A stretch of 64,000 nucleotides of DNA from an uncultured Porphyromonadaceae bacterium (GCA_900548705.1 URLF01000001.1:5550-69549); one strand, 5' to 3'; shown: positions 1 to 10,633, counted from the first letter of the stretch. The notes: generated from the letters alone by a model not told the origin. Numbers and translations: made by a program.

Positions 1-141
1 ATCTTCCACCCGATAATACCTGCGGTTGGAACCGGCTCCCGCCAACGGGAGGACTTTCCCAGGAGGATTGCCGAACCTCCGGATATATAAATCACTGATT
101 TTGTCCATGTCGGTCGCCCGACCATTGGTTTTGTCTGACAT
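1..141 (-). CDS. 5' part of a phosphotransferase-family (AmgK/APH-like) kinase gene, truncated by the window edge
   Basis: Reverse-strand translation from ATG at 141-139: MSDKTNGRATDMDKISDLYIRRFGNPPGKVLPLAGAGSNRRYYRVED. The G-x-S-x-RRYYR motif resembles anomeric sugar kinases / aminoglycoside phosphotransferase-fold proteins. Only 47 aa are visible. Confidence 0.4.
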   Translation of the reverse strand, partial: MSDKTNGRATDMDKISDLYIRRFGNPPGKVLPLAGAGSNRRYYRVED

Positions 142-250
142 TTTCTTTATTATATATCTGCAAATTTAGCTATTTTCATCGGTTCCCACCCCCTGCGAGT
201 CACGGATTTTTCGTAACTTCGCGGAAAAATCCACGATACCATATCACCGT

Positions 251-1360
251 ATGGCAGAAAACACCCTTCTTGACCGCCTCGACGGCATAGAATCACGCTT
301 CGAGGAGGTTTCCACTCTGATAACCGACCCGGCTGTAATCGCCGACATGAAGCGCTATGTGCGCCTCAATAAGGAATACAAAGACCTTGAACGTCTGACC
401 GCAGCCACACGCCGTTACCGGTCGCTGATTGACAATATCGCCGAATCCAAGGAGATACTTGAGACCGAGAATGACGATGAGATGCGTTCGATGGCCCGCG
501 AACAGCTTGACGAGGCCAACGCAGCCCTTCCGTTGCTTGAGGAGGAAATCAAGATCATGCTTATTCCCGCAGACCCGGAGGATGGCAAAAACGCCATCGT
601 GGAAATCCGTGGTGGCACCGGTGGCGACGAGGCGGCACTCTTCGCCGGAGACCTTTTCAAGATGTATTCCAAATATTGCGAATCCAAGGGGTGGCAGGTT
701 GCCGTCACAAGCTTCTCCGAGGGTACCGCCGGCGGTTTCAAGGAGATTGTCTTCGCAGTCACAGGAGACAACGTTTACGGCACCCTGAAATATGAAAGCG
801 GGGTACATCGTGTGCAACGCGTGCCTGCCACGGAGACCCAGGGGCGCGTGCATACCTCGGCAGCCACTGTCGCCGTATTACCCGAGGCCGAGGCTTTCGA
901 CGTGGAAATCAATGAAGGTGAAATCAAATGGGAGACCTTCCGAAGCGGAGGAGCGGGTGGCCAGAACGTCAACAAGGTCGAATCCGGGGTGCGCCTGCGA
1001 TATATGTGGCGCAATCCGGTCACAGGCCAGACCGACGAGATTCTTATCGAATGTACCGAGACCCGCGACCAACCCAAGAACAAGGAACGTGCCCTGAGTC
1101 GTCTGCGCACATATATCTATGACCGCGAACATCAGAAATATGTCGATGATATCGCCTCGCGCCGCAAGACGCTGGTCTCTACCGGTGACCGTTCAGCAAA
1201 GATCCGCACCTACAATTTCCCGCAGGGACGTATCACCGACCATCGTATCAACTACACCATCTACAACCTCCAGGCATTCATCGATGGCGATATCCAGGAT
1301 TGCATCGACCATCTGATTATCGCGGAAAACGCCGAAAAGCTAAAGGATGCCGAACTCTGA
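251..1360 (+). CDS. prfA: peptide chain release factor 1
   Basis: 369 aa. GGQ motif (SGGAGGQNVNKVESGVRL) and PxT-type decoding region (RVQRVPATETQGRVHTS) typical of RF1. Confidence 0.95.
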   Translation: MAENTLLDRLDGIESRFEEVSTLITDPAVIADMKRYVRLNKEYKDLERLTAATRRYRSLIDNIAESKEILETENDDEMRSMAREQLDEANAALPLLEEEIKIMLIPADPEDGKNAIVEIRGGTGGDEAALFAGDLFKMYSKYCESKGWQVAVTSFSEGTAGGFKEIVFAVTGDNVYGTLKYESGVHRVQRVPATETQGRVHTSAATVAVLPEAEAFDVEINEGEIKWETFRSGGAGGQNVNKVESGVRLRYMWRNPVTGQTDEILIECTETRDQPKNKERALSRLRTYIYDREHQKYVDDIASRRKTLVSTGDRSAKIRTYNFPQGRITDHRINYTIYNLQAFIDGDIQDCIDHLIIAENAEKLKDAEL

Positions 1361-1419
1361 CAATAGACCGTTGCCGGTCGCTTAATCAAACAGCATAAAC
1401 CAATACACAATTATATCAT

Positions 1420-2265
1420 ATGACAAGACAGGAAATCATCGACCACATCAAGGAGAAACGCTCATTCCTCTGTGTGGGACTCGATTCCGACATCAAAAAG
1501 ATGCCGCAATGGCTCGTGGAAGAAGCCGGAGGTGACACCTACAAGGCTTTGATGACATTCAACAAGGCAATCATCGATGCCACAGCTCCCTACTGCGTCG
1601 CTTACAAGCCCAATACCGCTTTTTATGAAGCATTTGGTGCAGAAGGCTGGAAAGCCCTTGCCGACACCATCGCGTATATCCGCGAGAACCATCCCCGCCA
1701 TTTCGTCATCGCAGACGCCAAGCGCGGAGACATCGGCAACACATCGGCGATGTATGCCCGTGCGTTCTTCAACGACCTCAAGGCCGATGCCCTCACTGTT
1801 GCTCCTTATATGGGAGAGGATAGCGTGAAGCCGTTCCTCGGCTATGAAGGGAAGTGGGTGATTCTGCTCGCCCTGACCTCCAACAAGGGAAGTATGGATT
1901 TCCAGCTCATCCGCGACGAGAATGGCAATCGCCTGTTTGAAAATGTGATAAGCAAATCACAGACATGGGGCTCCACCGACGAAATCATGTATGTGGTCGG
2001 TGCCACTCGCGGCCAGATGTTCGAGGATATCCGCGCTGTCGCACCCGACAATTTCCTGCTTGTGCCCGGAGTCGGCGCACAGGGGGGAAGCCTTGAGGAG
2101 GTTTGCCGATATGGTATGACCGACGATTGCGGACTGCTGGTCAACTCTTCACGCGCCATAATCTATGCCTCATCCGAGAGGAACTTCGCCGAAGCTGCCG
2201 GAGAAGCCGCCAAGGCAGTAGCCGCCGAGATGAAAGGATTTCTTGCCACTTATAGCAAAATTTAA
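1420..2265 (+). CDS. pyrF: orotidine 5'-phosphate decarboxylase (long/type-2 form)
   Basis: 281 aa. N-terminal FLCVGLDSD motif, catalytic [10 protein letters not shown], and PGVGAQGG near the C-terminus. Confidence 0.9.
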   Translation: MTRQEIIDHIKEKRSFLCVGLDSDIKKMPQWLVEEAGGDTYKALMTFNKAIIDATAPYCVAYKPNTAFYEAFGAEGWKALADTIAYIRENHPRHFVIADAKRGDIGNTSAMYARAFFNDLKADALTVAPYMGEDSVKPFLGYEGKWVILLALTSNKGSMDFQLIRDENGNRLFENVISKSQTWGSTDEIMYVVGATRGQMFEDIRAVAPDNFLLVPGVGAQGGSLEEVCRYGMTDDCGLLVNSSRAIIYASSERNFAEAAGEAAKAVAAEMKGFLATYSKI

Positions 2266-2360
2266 CGCACGAGGTTTCACCGCTTCACCGAAAAAGGCTA
2301 TATTTGTTGGCTGAAAACAAAAACGAGAAATTTAAACCCAAACATATCAAATCATCAATC

Positions 2361-3608
2361 ATGAAACTCGACGATTACAATTTTGCCGGTAAAAAGGCCA
2401 TTGTCCGCGTTGACTTCAACGTGCCTCTGGATGAGAACGGCAACATCACCGACGACACCCGTATCCGTGGCGCTCTCCCCACCCTCAAGAAAATCCTTGA
2501 GGCCGGTGGCAGCCTGATCATAATGTCCCATATGGGCAAACCCAAGGGTAAAGTAAACCCCAAACTCTCCCTGATTCAGATCAAGGACGCTGTGGCCAAG
2601 GCTCTCGGTCGCGACGTGAAGTTTGCTCCCGACTGTGCTGACGCATCCGAGGCAGCCGCAAACCTGCAGCCCGGTGAAGTCCTGCTCCTCGAGAACCTCC
2701 GCTTCTATCCCGAAGAGGAAGGCAAGCCCGTAGGTATCGACAAGGAAGATCCCGCATACGAGGCTGCCAAGAAGGAGATGAAGGAGAAGCAGAAAGAATT
2801 CTCCAAGAAACTCGCTTCCTACGCAGATGTTTATGTGAACGACGCATTCGGTACCGCTCACCGCAAGCACGCTTCCACCGCTGTCATCGCCGACTACTTC
2901 AAGCCCGAAGACAAGATGCTCGGCTACCTGATGGAGAAGGAGGTTGACGCCGTTGACAAAATCCTCAGCGACATCAAGCGTCCTTTCACCGCCATCATGG
3001 GTGGTTCGAAAGTGTCGACCAAAATCGGCATCATCGAAAACCTTATGGACAAGGTTGATAACCTTATCCTCTGCGGTGGTATGACCTATACCTTCGCCAA
3101 GGCACAGGGTGGCAAAGTCGGTGACTCTCTCTGCGAGAACGACAAGCTCGACCTGGCCCGCGACATTATGAAGAAAGCCCAGGAAAAGGGTGTCAACCTC
3201 GTGCTTGGTGTGGACTGCGTTGCAGCCGACGCTTTCAAGAACGACGCCAATACCCAGATCTGCTCGGTAATGGATGTCCCCGACGGATGGGAAGGTGTTG
3301 ACGCAGGTCCCGAGACCCGCAAAATTTTCGCCGATGCCATCAAGGGTGCCAAGACCATCCTCTGGAACGGTCCTGCCGGCGTATTTGAATTCGACAACTT
3401 CGCTGCCGGTTCACGCGCTATCGCCGAAGCTATCGTGGAGGCCACCAACAACGGTGCATTCTCTCTCGTAGGCGGCGGTGACTCAGTGGCATGTGTCAAC
3501 AAGTTCGGTCTCGCTGATGAAGTCAGCTACGTCTCCACCGGTGGCGGCGCACTCCTCGAAGCCATCGAAGGCAAGATTCTCCCCGGTATCGCAGCCGTCA
3601 AGGGCTGA
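2361..3608 (+). CDS. pgk: phosphoglycerate kinase
   Basis: Conserved PGK start [22 protein letters not shown] and hinge/ATP motifs. The ORF track's 2304 start adds 19 non-conserved residues, so ATG 2361 is the likely start. Confidence 0.93.
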   Translation: MKLDDYNFAGKKAIVRVDFNVPLDENGNITDDTRIRGALPTLKKILEAGGSLIIMSHMGKPKGKVNPKLSLIQIKDAVAKALGRDVKFAPDCADASEAAANLQPGEVLLLENLRFYPEEEGKPVGIDKEDPAYEAAKKEMKEKQKEFSKKLASYADVYVNDAFGTAHRKHASTAVIADYFKPEDKMLGYLMEKEVDAVDKILSDIKRPFTAIMGGSKVSTKIGIIENLMDKVDNLILCGGMTYTFAKAQGGKVGDSLCENDKLDLARDIMKKAQEKGVNLVLGVDCVAADAFKNDANTQICSVMDVPDGWEGVDAGPETRKIFADAIKGAKTILWNGPAGVFEFDNFAAGSRAIAEAIVEATNNGAFSLVGGGDSVACVNKFGLADEVSYVSTGGGALLEAIEGKILPGIAAVKG

Positions 3609-3620
3609 TAGATAAACCAT

Positions 3621-3670
3621 AAACCATAAAGGAGACCGGAATCATTCGATTCCGGCCTCCTTTATGGTTT
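3621..3670. terminator. bidirectional intrinsic terminator between convergent pgk and ROK kinase
   Basis: About 19-bp imperfect stem (aaaccataaaggagaccgga ... tccggcctcctttatggttt) around a 10-nt loop, flanked by T/A runs on both strands. Confidence 0.6.
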
Positions 3671-3690
3671 ATCGCGTCAATTACGATTTT

Positions 3691-4731
3691 TTATTTGGCA
3701 GGCGTGGTGGTAGTGGGCACTGTCGCAGGAGTGGGAGCAACAGGAACAGCGGAAGGTGTGATGGGCTGGAATTTGGCTTCCCAACCGAGAGCGCTCGCGC
3801 CGAGAACGGCAGCATCAGCCTCCTTCAACTCAGAAAGCAATACCTTCACTTTCCCCTTCCAGATCGGCATCATATTCTTCTCCATAGACTCGCGCAGAGG
3901 CTTCATAAGAAGTTCGCCACTCTTTGCAAGACCTCCGAAGAGGATGAAGGCTTCCGGAGCTGAAAAGATGGTGAAGTCAGCGAGAGCCGCACCGAGGATG
4001 TCACCTGTGAATTCAAACACATCCTTTGCCAGTTTGTCACCTGCGATGGCTGCGTCATAGACATCCTTGGAGGTGATTTCATCGGTAGGCATATTGCGCA
4101 GGAGAGAAGGCTCATTACTGCGGGCCTCAAGGAATTCACGCGCTGTACGGGCGACCCCGGTAGCAGAGCAATAGGTCTCAAGGCAGCCATTGCGGCCACA
4201 ACCGCAAAGACGGCCATTGTTGCGTTTCACGATGAGGTGACCCAACTCGCCGGCAAAACCGTCATGGCCATACACGAGCTGGCCATTAATCACGATACCC
4301 GAACCGACACCGGTACCGAGGGTAATCATAATGAAGTCTTTGAGACCTCGGGCTGATCCGTAGGTCATCTCACCGATAGCTGCGGCGTTGGCGTCATTAG
4401 TGATTGACACGGGCACACCGAATTTCTCGCTGACCAGCTGTGCGAGGGGTATGGGGGTAGGCCAGGGGAGATTAACTCCGCTTTCAATTGTGCCAGTATA
4501 ATAGTTGGCATTGGGAGCGCCGATTCCGATACCATGGATTTTGTCTACGGCGTCATTGACCTCAAGGAGCTTGGTAAGCTCTGTGTGAAGCTCATCAAGA
4601 TATGCCTCAATTGTATTGTGTTTACGGGTCTTGATAGAGGAGCTGGCGATTACAACGCCACGGGCATCGACGATTCCGAAAACGGTGTTAGTACCGCCTA
4701 TGTCGATTCCGACTACATAAGGTTTGCTCAT
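3691..4731 (-). CDS. ROK-family sugar kinase (glucokinase / N-acetylglucosamine kinase-like)
   Basis: N-terminus MSKPYVVGIDIGGTNTVFGIVD matches the ROK/actin-fold ATPase motif. Zn-binding CGCGRNGCLE motif present. The 25-aa Pro/Thr/Ala-rich C-terminal tail is unusual. Confidence 0.8.
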   Translation of the reverse strand: MSKPYVVGIDIGGTNTVFGIVDARGVVIASSSIKTRKHNTIEAYLDELHTELTKLLEVNDAVDKIHGIGIGAPNANYYTGTIESGVNLPWPTPIPLAQLVSEKFGVPVSITNDANAAAIGEMTYGSARGLKDFIMITLGTGVGSGIVINGQLVYGHDGFAGELGHLIVKRNNGRLCGCGRNGCLETYCSATGVARTAREFLEARSNEPSLLRNMPTDEITSKDVYDAAIAGDKLAKDVFEFTGDILGAALADFTIFSAPEAFILFGGLAKSGELLMKPLRESMEKNMMPIWKGKVKVLLSELKEADAAVLGASALGWEAKFQPITPSAVPVAPTPATVPTTTTPAK

Positions 4732-4842
4732 TGTTTTTATTAGATATGGTAAGATTTTTATTTCGGTTGACAAGATAGAGGAGAGAGTCGTTTACTCAGG
4801 TTAGATTCTCCCGCAAAGTTATGAAAATAATTATATAATAGC

Positions 4843-4876
4843 AATGAAACCGGCCAAAAACTTGGCCGGTTTCATT
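4843..4876 (-). terminator. intrinsic terminator downstream of the MFS transporter gene
   Basis: Perfect 15-bp stem AATGAAACCGGCCAA-AAAC-TTGGCCGGTTTCATT, with an A/T-rich tract following on the minus strand. Confidence 0.6.
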
Positions 4877-4912
4877 GAATAATATCTAAAAAATGTAGCT
4901 TGCTTATAATTT

Positions 4913-6631
4913 TTATTCCTCGACAGCTTCAACCTCTGATTCAAGAATCTCGGTTTTCTCGCTCTTGATGTTGGGCTCTTCAAGGCCGAGACCCTTCTTG
5001 CGGTCGATTACCTTGAGGACAAGACCGAGCAGCAGGGCAGCCACACCAAGGAAGGCAAGCATCACCAACGGCCAGGTGTAGTTGTAGCTGATGGCGGCTG
5101 TTTCGGGAGTCATCGTGCCGTTGGCCACAGCCTTGGTAATCTGAGGATTGGTGTTGTCAAGCACCTTTCCGATAAGAAGCGGGAAGAGCCAGAGACCGAT
5201 ATTCTGAATCCAGAAAATCAACGCGTATGCCGAACCGATGATTTTGGCGTCGACAAGCTTTGGAACACTGGGCCAAAGAGATGCAGGCACCAGTGAGAAA
5301 GACGCTCCAAGCACGAGAATAGTGATATATGCCACACACACACCGGCAAGGTCGTTACCCTTGAACATCGGAAGGATGAACGCGAATGTCAGATGGCAGG
5401 CGATAAGCAGTATCGAGCCAAGCACGAGCATCGAAGCGGCTTTACCCTTGTAGTCGACAAACTTGCCGAGAATCGGGGTGATGCCGACGGCAAGAAGGGG
5501 GAAAACCGCGAAGATGGCTGCCGCGGACTGGCGCATATAACCCATCACACAGTACCCCACAAGAGCCACAATCGCTATAGCCAGGGTAGAGTAACGTACA
5601 ACCTTATTCTTGGAGAAATTGCTTGCAAAGGCCGCCGCGGCAACCACCAGCATAATGACATACTGGAGGACAGTCACAGTGTCAGTAGCCCAGAAAGAGG
5701 TCTCGTCGGGAGGGGTCAGAGTCAGGTTGCACTGAAGCATGTTGACGGCATACTTCTGGAAGGGGAAAATCGCTGAATAGTAAAGCACACAAAGGAGTGC
5801 TACCAGCCAGAAACCTGCGCTGGTCAGGATTTTGCCAAGGTCGCTGATTTTGAAAGGATCATCTTTCTCCTCCTCGGCGTGGGTCTGCTCGTCGAGTTTC
5901 TTGTCCATAAAGAAGTAAACGATGAACATAATCAGGGCAATCATCAGCAGCACCACTCCGAAAGCCACCGAACGGGCAACACTCACATGGCCGCCAAGCT
6001 CGGCAAACATCGGGGAGAAAATCATACATGTGGCCACACCGAGACGGGCAAGAGCCATTTCAGAACCCATAGCCAAGGCCATCTCACGACCCTTGAACCA
6101 TTTCACGATTCCTCGGCTCACTGTGATACCGGCCATTTCCACTCCGCAACCGAAAATCATGAATCCGACTGCCGAGAACTTGGCCGACGCGGGCATACCT
6201 TCATAGAATGGTGAGATGCCAAGCTCGTCAAACACCGGGATATAGTTGAGATGGTTGGTGAACCATACATCAAGCGAACTTCCCAGGAAGGCATCCGTGA
6301 GGGCATACCAGTTAATTGTCGCGCCGACAAGCATCACAGCTCCGGAGAGGATTGCCGTGAATCTCACACCCATCTTGTCGAGGATGATTCCCGCGAAAAT
6401 CAGGAAGAAAATAAAGACATTAAGAAATGTCTCCGAACCTTGCATCGTGCCGAACGCTGTAGAGTCCCATCCACGGGTAGACTGCAGCAAGTCTTTGATC
6501 GGCGACAAAATGTCCATAAAGATGTAAGAGCAGAACATCGCAAACGCGAGCAGCCCCAATGCTGTCCAGCGTGCCCAGCTCTTATCACTGAGAACGGCTT
6601 TTGTCTTGTTCAATTCAGTGGAAATTGCCAT
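4913..6631 (-). CDS. MFS-family transporter
   Basis: 572 aa, about 12-14 predicted TM helices, MFS-like repeat architecture, acidic C-terminal tail. Substrate unknown. Confidence 0.75.
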   Translation of the reverse strand: MAISTELNKTKAVLSDKSWARWTALGLLAFAMFCSYIFMDILSPIKDLLQSTRGWDSTAFGTMQGSETFLNVFIFFLIFAGIILDKMGVRFTAILSGAVMLVGATINWYALTDAFLGSSLDVWFTNHLNYIPVFDELGISPFYEGMPASAKFSAVGFMIFGCGVEMAGITVSRGIVKWFKGREMALAMGSEMALARLGVATCMIFSPMFAELGGHVSVARSVAFGVVLLMIALIMFIVYFFMDKKLDEQTHAEEEKDDPFKISDLGKILTSAGFWLVALLCVLYYSAIFPFQKYAVNMLQCNLTLTPPDETSFWATDTVTVLQYVIMLVVAAAAFASNFSKNKVVRYSTLAIAIVALVGYCVMGYMRQSAAAIFAVFPLLAVGITPILGKFVDYKGKAASMLVLGSILLIACHLTFAFILPMFKGNDLAGVCVAYITILVLGASFSLVPASLWPSVPKLVDAKIIGSAYALIFWIQNIGLWLFPLLIGKVLDNTNPQITKAVANGTMTPETAAISYNYTWPLVMLAFLGVAALLLGLVLKVIDRKKGLGLEEPNIKSEKTEILESEVEAVEE

Positions 6632-6771
6632 AAGCTAAATATGTGATATTGGTTTATAAATTCGCAACGATAGCTATTATCCTGCAAATGTAGCAAAAAA
6701 ATGCAATATAATCCCCCGCAAGTGGCGAAAACTATAGTTATGGCGATTTATGGCTTACCTTTGGTTTGTAT

Positions 6772-7581
6772 TCAACCTTGAGGTTGGGAAGATGTCGGGG
6801 AAGATGTCGCCGCGTCGGAGTCAGATGGGGTAGTGGAAGCGGTACTGTCCGTTGAATCGGACGCATTCCCTTTCTGTGAACCGATGACTGCATTTGTCAC
6901 ATAGACCGTGAATACCGGAAAGAGTATAAGACCTTCTCCCGACAGGATTATCGCAAGCACTTTTCCTGTCGCAGTCATCGGGGAAATCTCACAGCCGACG
7001 GTGGTGATGTTAAGCGCGGCCCACCAAAGGGCATCCCACCAAGACCCCACAAGAGGGTTGATGTAATGTTCCTCCACAAAGAACACAAGGGAACCGAAAT
7101 ACACCGAGGTTATCACCCATATGATATAAACTGACATCATGCTCAGTGCCTTGTTGGCCGAGAGTGCGCCGGAAATCATAGCCAGCACGTATCCGGCTCT
7201 AATCATGGGCACAAAACGCATAAGATAAGCCACCGGGGCAGACATATGGAGATGTAAGGCTTCCACGATATTCAGCCAAGGGATGCTGATAAGGATGAAG
7301 AAGATATTGGCCACCAGATATTTCAATTTCCTCGGAGCAAACAGCCACTCCACAGCTATGTCGAAAAGGAAAAGGAGACACACCCAGAACTGGAACCTCA
7401 TATACCCGGGCGCGGACAAAAATGACACATTGTCGATTGTCTCGCGGGTGATCCACACAATCATAATGACCGAAGCCGCCATCACCATCAGGTGGAGGGC
7501 GGTCACAAACCCGCGTTTGAGCGGTGTAAGCGTATGGTCATATAAAGTAGCCTGCATGATGTGACACAATAAGTTTGTCAA
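6772..7581 (-). CDS. 6TM ion-transport (voltage-gated-channel-like) protein with an atypical pore
   Basis: Six hydrophobic helices. S4-like RFVPMIRAGYV. Pore loop WWDALWWAALNITTVGCEISP in place of a canonical TVGYG filter. Ser/Thr/Asp-rich cytoplasmic tail. Confidence 0.55.
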   Translation of the reverse strand: MTNLLCHIMQATLYDHTLTPLKRGFVTALHLMVMAASVIMIVWITRETIDNVSFLSAPGYMRFQFWVCLLFLFDIAVEWLFAPRKLKYLVANIFFILISIPWLNIVEALHLHMSAPVAYLMRFVPMIRAGYVLAMISGALSANKALSMMSVYIIWVITSVYFGSLVFFVEEHYINPLVGSWWDALWWAALNITTVGCEISPMTATGKVLAIILSGEGLILFPVFTVYVTNAVIGSQKGNASDSTDSTASTTPSDSDAATSSPTSSQPQG

Positions 7582-7615
7582 CTTAGTTGTAAAACATCAT
7601 GCAGGCGCGTTTGGT

Positions 7616-8911
7616 TTATTTCACGTCGAAACCTGATTCGGTCACAGCCTTGACCACGGCGGATGAATCGAAATTGCCTTCGACAGTGGCAGATCCGGCG
7701 GAAAGGTCGACAACGACATTCTCCACTCCGGGGACAGCCGCGATAGCTTTCTCCACTGTCATGCGGCAATGGTTGCATGACATACCTTCAATTTTGAATA
7801 TTTCAGTCATATCTGTTGATTTTGAGTATGAGTGATTATGATGATGCCTGGTGGCAAAGAATGAATAAACAAGGAGGAAGAGGAGAAGGGCTGTGCAGGA
7901 GGTCTCGAACCACCCGAACGAATGATGGCAGGCATGAGCCATCTCTCCGGTATTATGGCCCAACAAACCGAACCATTCCGCCGGAAGGAGGTAATCGACC
8001 ATCAGTCCGAAGAAGAGGGCGGTGACCACGACCGACATCACATATATCGCTGTCGCTTTCTTACCGATAGCACGGCCAAGAACCATCATTGAAGCGAAAT
8101 TCGCGGCAGGACCGGCCATCAGCAACACGAAAGCAGCCCCTGGATTGAGTCCTTTAAGCACCAATGACATGGCGATAGGTATCGAGCCTGTGGCACATAC
8201 ATACATCGGCACCGCAATGACAATCATCGCCAGCATTGCCAGCAATGGCCTGTCGCTCAACGAGACGAGGAATTGGTCAGGCACATAAACCGTAATCAAT
8301 GCGGCGACAATCAGGCCTATCACAAGCCATTTGCCGACACTGGCGACCATATCAACCAGACCATATTTAACAGCCGCTCCCAGGCGGGATATCAAAGAAG
8401 CCCCTGCTCCTTTCGGTTCGGTATGACAACAGCTGTCGTCACAATGGATATCCTTGACAGGTTGTGAGGCGGATGAGGAGATTTGAGGTTCCCTTCCACT
8501 TCCATTGTCGGAAGCATTCACCCACACGCCACCGACAAAGCCACCGACAAGCGCGGCAATCGGGCGCAGTATGGCCATCGGAAGCCCCAACAGGGAATAT
8601 GTGGCGGCAATGCTGTCTACACCTGTCTGAGGAGTTGCAATCAGGAATGATGTCGTGGCTCCTTTTGAAGCCCCCTGACGATGCAACCCGACGGCTGTCG
8701 GTAACACTCCACAGGAACAGAGGGGGAGAGGCACACCGAACATTGCGGCTTTCACCACCGGTTTCCACCCTTTTCCGGCCAAATGGCGGCTCATCGTCTC
8801 AGGTTTGACAAATTCGTGGAGAATCCCGGCAATCAGGAAGCCCAGAAGAATATATGGAGACATCTCATTTAGGATGTCAAGTAATGACGAAAAAAATACA
8901 GTGAAATCCAT
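7616..8911 (-). CDS. SO_0444/DUF318-type metal permease with C-terminal HMA (heavy-metal-associated) domain
   Basis: Multi-TM permease with a CSC motif in TM2, His-rich loop HHHNH and CDDSCCH cluster, and a C-terminal ferredoxin-like HMA domain with GMSCNHC. Confidence 0.75.
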   Translation of the reverse strand: MDFTVFFSSLLDILNEMSPYILLGFLIAGILHEFVKPETMSRHLAGKGWKPVVKAAMFGVPLPLCSCGVLPTAVGLHRQGASKGATTSFLIATPQTGVDSIAATYSLLGLPMAILRPIAALVGGFVGGVWVNASDNGSGREPQISSSASQPVKDIHCDDSCCHTEPKGAGASLISRLGAAVKYGLVDMVASVGKWLVIGLIVAALITVYVPDQFLVSLSDRPLLAMLAMIVIAVPMYVCATGSIPIAMSLVLKGLNPGAAFVLLMAGPAANFASMMVLGRAIGKKATAIYVMSVVVTALFFGLMVDYLLPAEWFGLLGHNTGEMAHACHHSFGWFETSCTALLLFLLVYSFFATRHHHNHSYSKSTDMTEIFKIEGMSCNHCRMTVEKAIAAVPGVENVVVDLSAGSATVEGNFDSSAVVKAVTESGFDVK

Positions 8912-9065
8912 ATTCCGTTATTGTTTTATGCAAAGTTAGCAACAAAATCCCTTTCGGGCGTTAAACAATTGCGGGATAAAATTGCATCATTCCCGATTCC
9001 ACACTCCACGAAAAGAGCCGGGCATAAGCCCGGCTCAGGTATGATTTATGTTGTGGAAGTGTATG

Positions 9066-10151
9066 TCAGAACAGAAGGCTGATACCTGTCGAGAACGCAC
9101 CGAAATCCATCCCCGTGGACTTTTTCAGCATATTCATCGGGGAATAGCGGGCATAAATCCCGACACCACTGTAATGAATGGCAAACAGCATATCTACTGT
9201 CACAGGCCGTTGTGAGATTTTTCCGGTTGTGATCTCATAGGATTTGTCTCCGATTTTGTATTGTGTCTTGAGATTGGCGGAAGTATTGAAATTAACCACC
9301 GGACCGGCGGTCACTCCCCATTGACGATGATGGCCGAAATTCAATGAACACAGCACCGGAATTTCGAGAGAGAACACATTGATTCTTGAACGCCGGTTGG
9401 TCATCTCCTCGGAATATGGCTCAAGGGTTATTCTGCCATCAGGATTCTTGGAGAAGAAACGGTCACCTTTTGTGACGAAATTCCGGGCATCGATGCCCAG
9501 ACCGGTAGCGATAGAGAATGAACGGTAGGTCATCTGCACACCCATCACCATAATCCAGGAGAGTTCGACGCTGCGCCCCATCGACGGTTCGAAATGGGGT
9601 GAGGCATTGATCGGGGTAACCCATCCGAGCGAAAGTCCCATAGTGACTATCTGCCATTTGACCGGCCGCTCACCCGAAAGATTGATGGCGAAGTCGCTCC
9701 AACGATTCCCGATATATGATTTCTGAGAACGGTTTTCGGGGTCGGGAAACAGAAAATTGTAATTGCGCAGATTCCCTTCCGCGTCCTTATAGGAGACATT
9801 CACATCCTTCTCGCTCTCCACCACCAGCACATCGCTTATATCATTGCATTGAATCTGAAAACGAGAAAACGCGGTGGTCTTTTTCCTGGCCTGCGTGTCA
9901 TAATAGAAGTTGTCTTCCGTGTCATCCAGGCTCCTGACAGTGATTTGAGTGGAAGAGCCATCCGAATTGATATCGATTGTCGATGCTTTGGAGACATTCA
10001 GCAATGTGTCGGCTGGCATAACGTTCACGGCAGGCACCGTGTCGGCAACTACACCGGATATACCGGCGGCAAATAGGGGAGTGGCAGAGAGGAGAAGTGA
10101 AGCGGAAATCAGAATCTTGCGTAACATAGGAGTGATGGATGTATGGGTCAT
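9066..10151 (-). CDS. outer-membrane beta-barrel protein (hypothetical)
   Basis: Signal peptide, alternating amphipathic beta-strand pattern, C-terminal ...STGISLLF ending in Phe. Its start overlaps the upstream gene's stop (ATGA). Confidence 0.5.
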   Translation of the reverse strand: MTHTSITPMLRKILISASLLLSATPLFAAGISGVVADTVPAVNVMPADTLLNVSKASTIDINSDGSSTQITVRSLDDTEDNFYYDTQARKKTTAFSRFQIQCNDISDVLVVESEKDVNVSYKDAEGNLRNYNFLFPDPENRSQKSYIGNRWSDFAINLSGERPVKWQIVTMGLSLGWVTPINASPHFEPSMGRSVELSWIMVMGVQMTYRSFSIATGLGIDARNFVTKGDRFFSKNPDGRITLEPYSEEMTNRRSRINVFSLEIPVLCSLNFGHHRQWGVTAGPVVNFNTSANLKTQYKIGDKSYEITTGKISQRPVTVDMLFAIHYSGVGIYARYSPMNMLKKSTGMDFGAFSTGISLLF

Positions 10152-10612
10152 TTTGATAATTTCTTTATAAGCTCTTCAGCCTGCATACGGGATAACGTAC
10201 CGTCGAAATATATCACCATTACTGACGGATTGGCCGACTTGGTGTTATATATGTAATATAGATAGCGGTTAAGTTTCTGACCATCGACTGTCAGAGGTTT
10301 CAGCATCAGAAAGGCATATTGCAGCTTACCATCTTTGTAACGGACATTACGTCCTATCGCTTTCGTGCCGTCGGCCAGCACCAACGGCTGTATTATGGAC
10401 GCATATGTTTTCGCGTCACCTTTGAATGTGGCGAAATTCGACAGTCGGTTGGCCCGGAGAAAGCGCTGCTCTCCGCTCATCATAGTTTCTGTTACCGATG
10501 GGTCATTGCCGTATTTGCCGCCGAAAATACGGTTTATCTGCAATCCGGTCTGGGCCGAAACTCCGATGGCGGTAATCAGCAACAGCAAGGTTATTGATAG
10601 GATACGTTTCAT
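10148..10612 (-). CDS. small secreted periplasmic protein (DUF4252-like), ECF operon member
   Basis: 154 aa with signal peptide MKRILSITLLLLITAIGVSAQ. Size and position match the third gene of Bacteroidetes ECF sigma/anti-sigma operons. Confidence 0.45.
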   Translation of the reverse strand: MKRILSITLLLLITAIGVSAQTGLQINRIFGGKYGNDPSVTETMMSGEQRFLRANRLSNFATFKGDAKTYASIIQPLVLADGTKAIGRNVRYKDGKLQYAFLMLKPLTVDGQKLNRYLYYIYNTKSANPSVMVIYFDGTLSRMQAEELIKKLSK

Positions 10613-10633
10613 AATACCTATGGATTGGGTTGT

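Noticed and set aside
7578-7778. 66-aa Arg/Cys-rich minus-strand ORF
   Set aside because: Out-of-frame overlap with the HMA domain coding region of the permease gene. An artefact of GC-rich codons.
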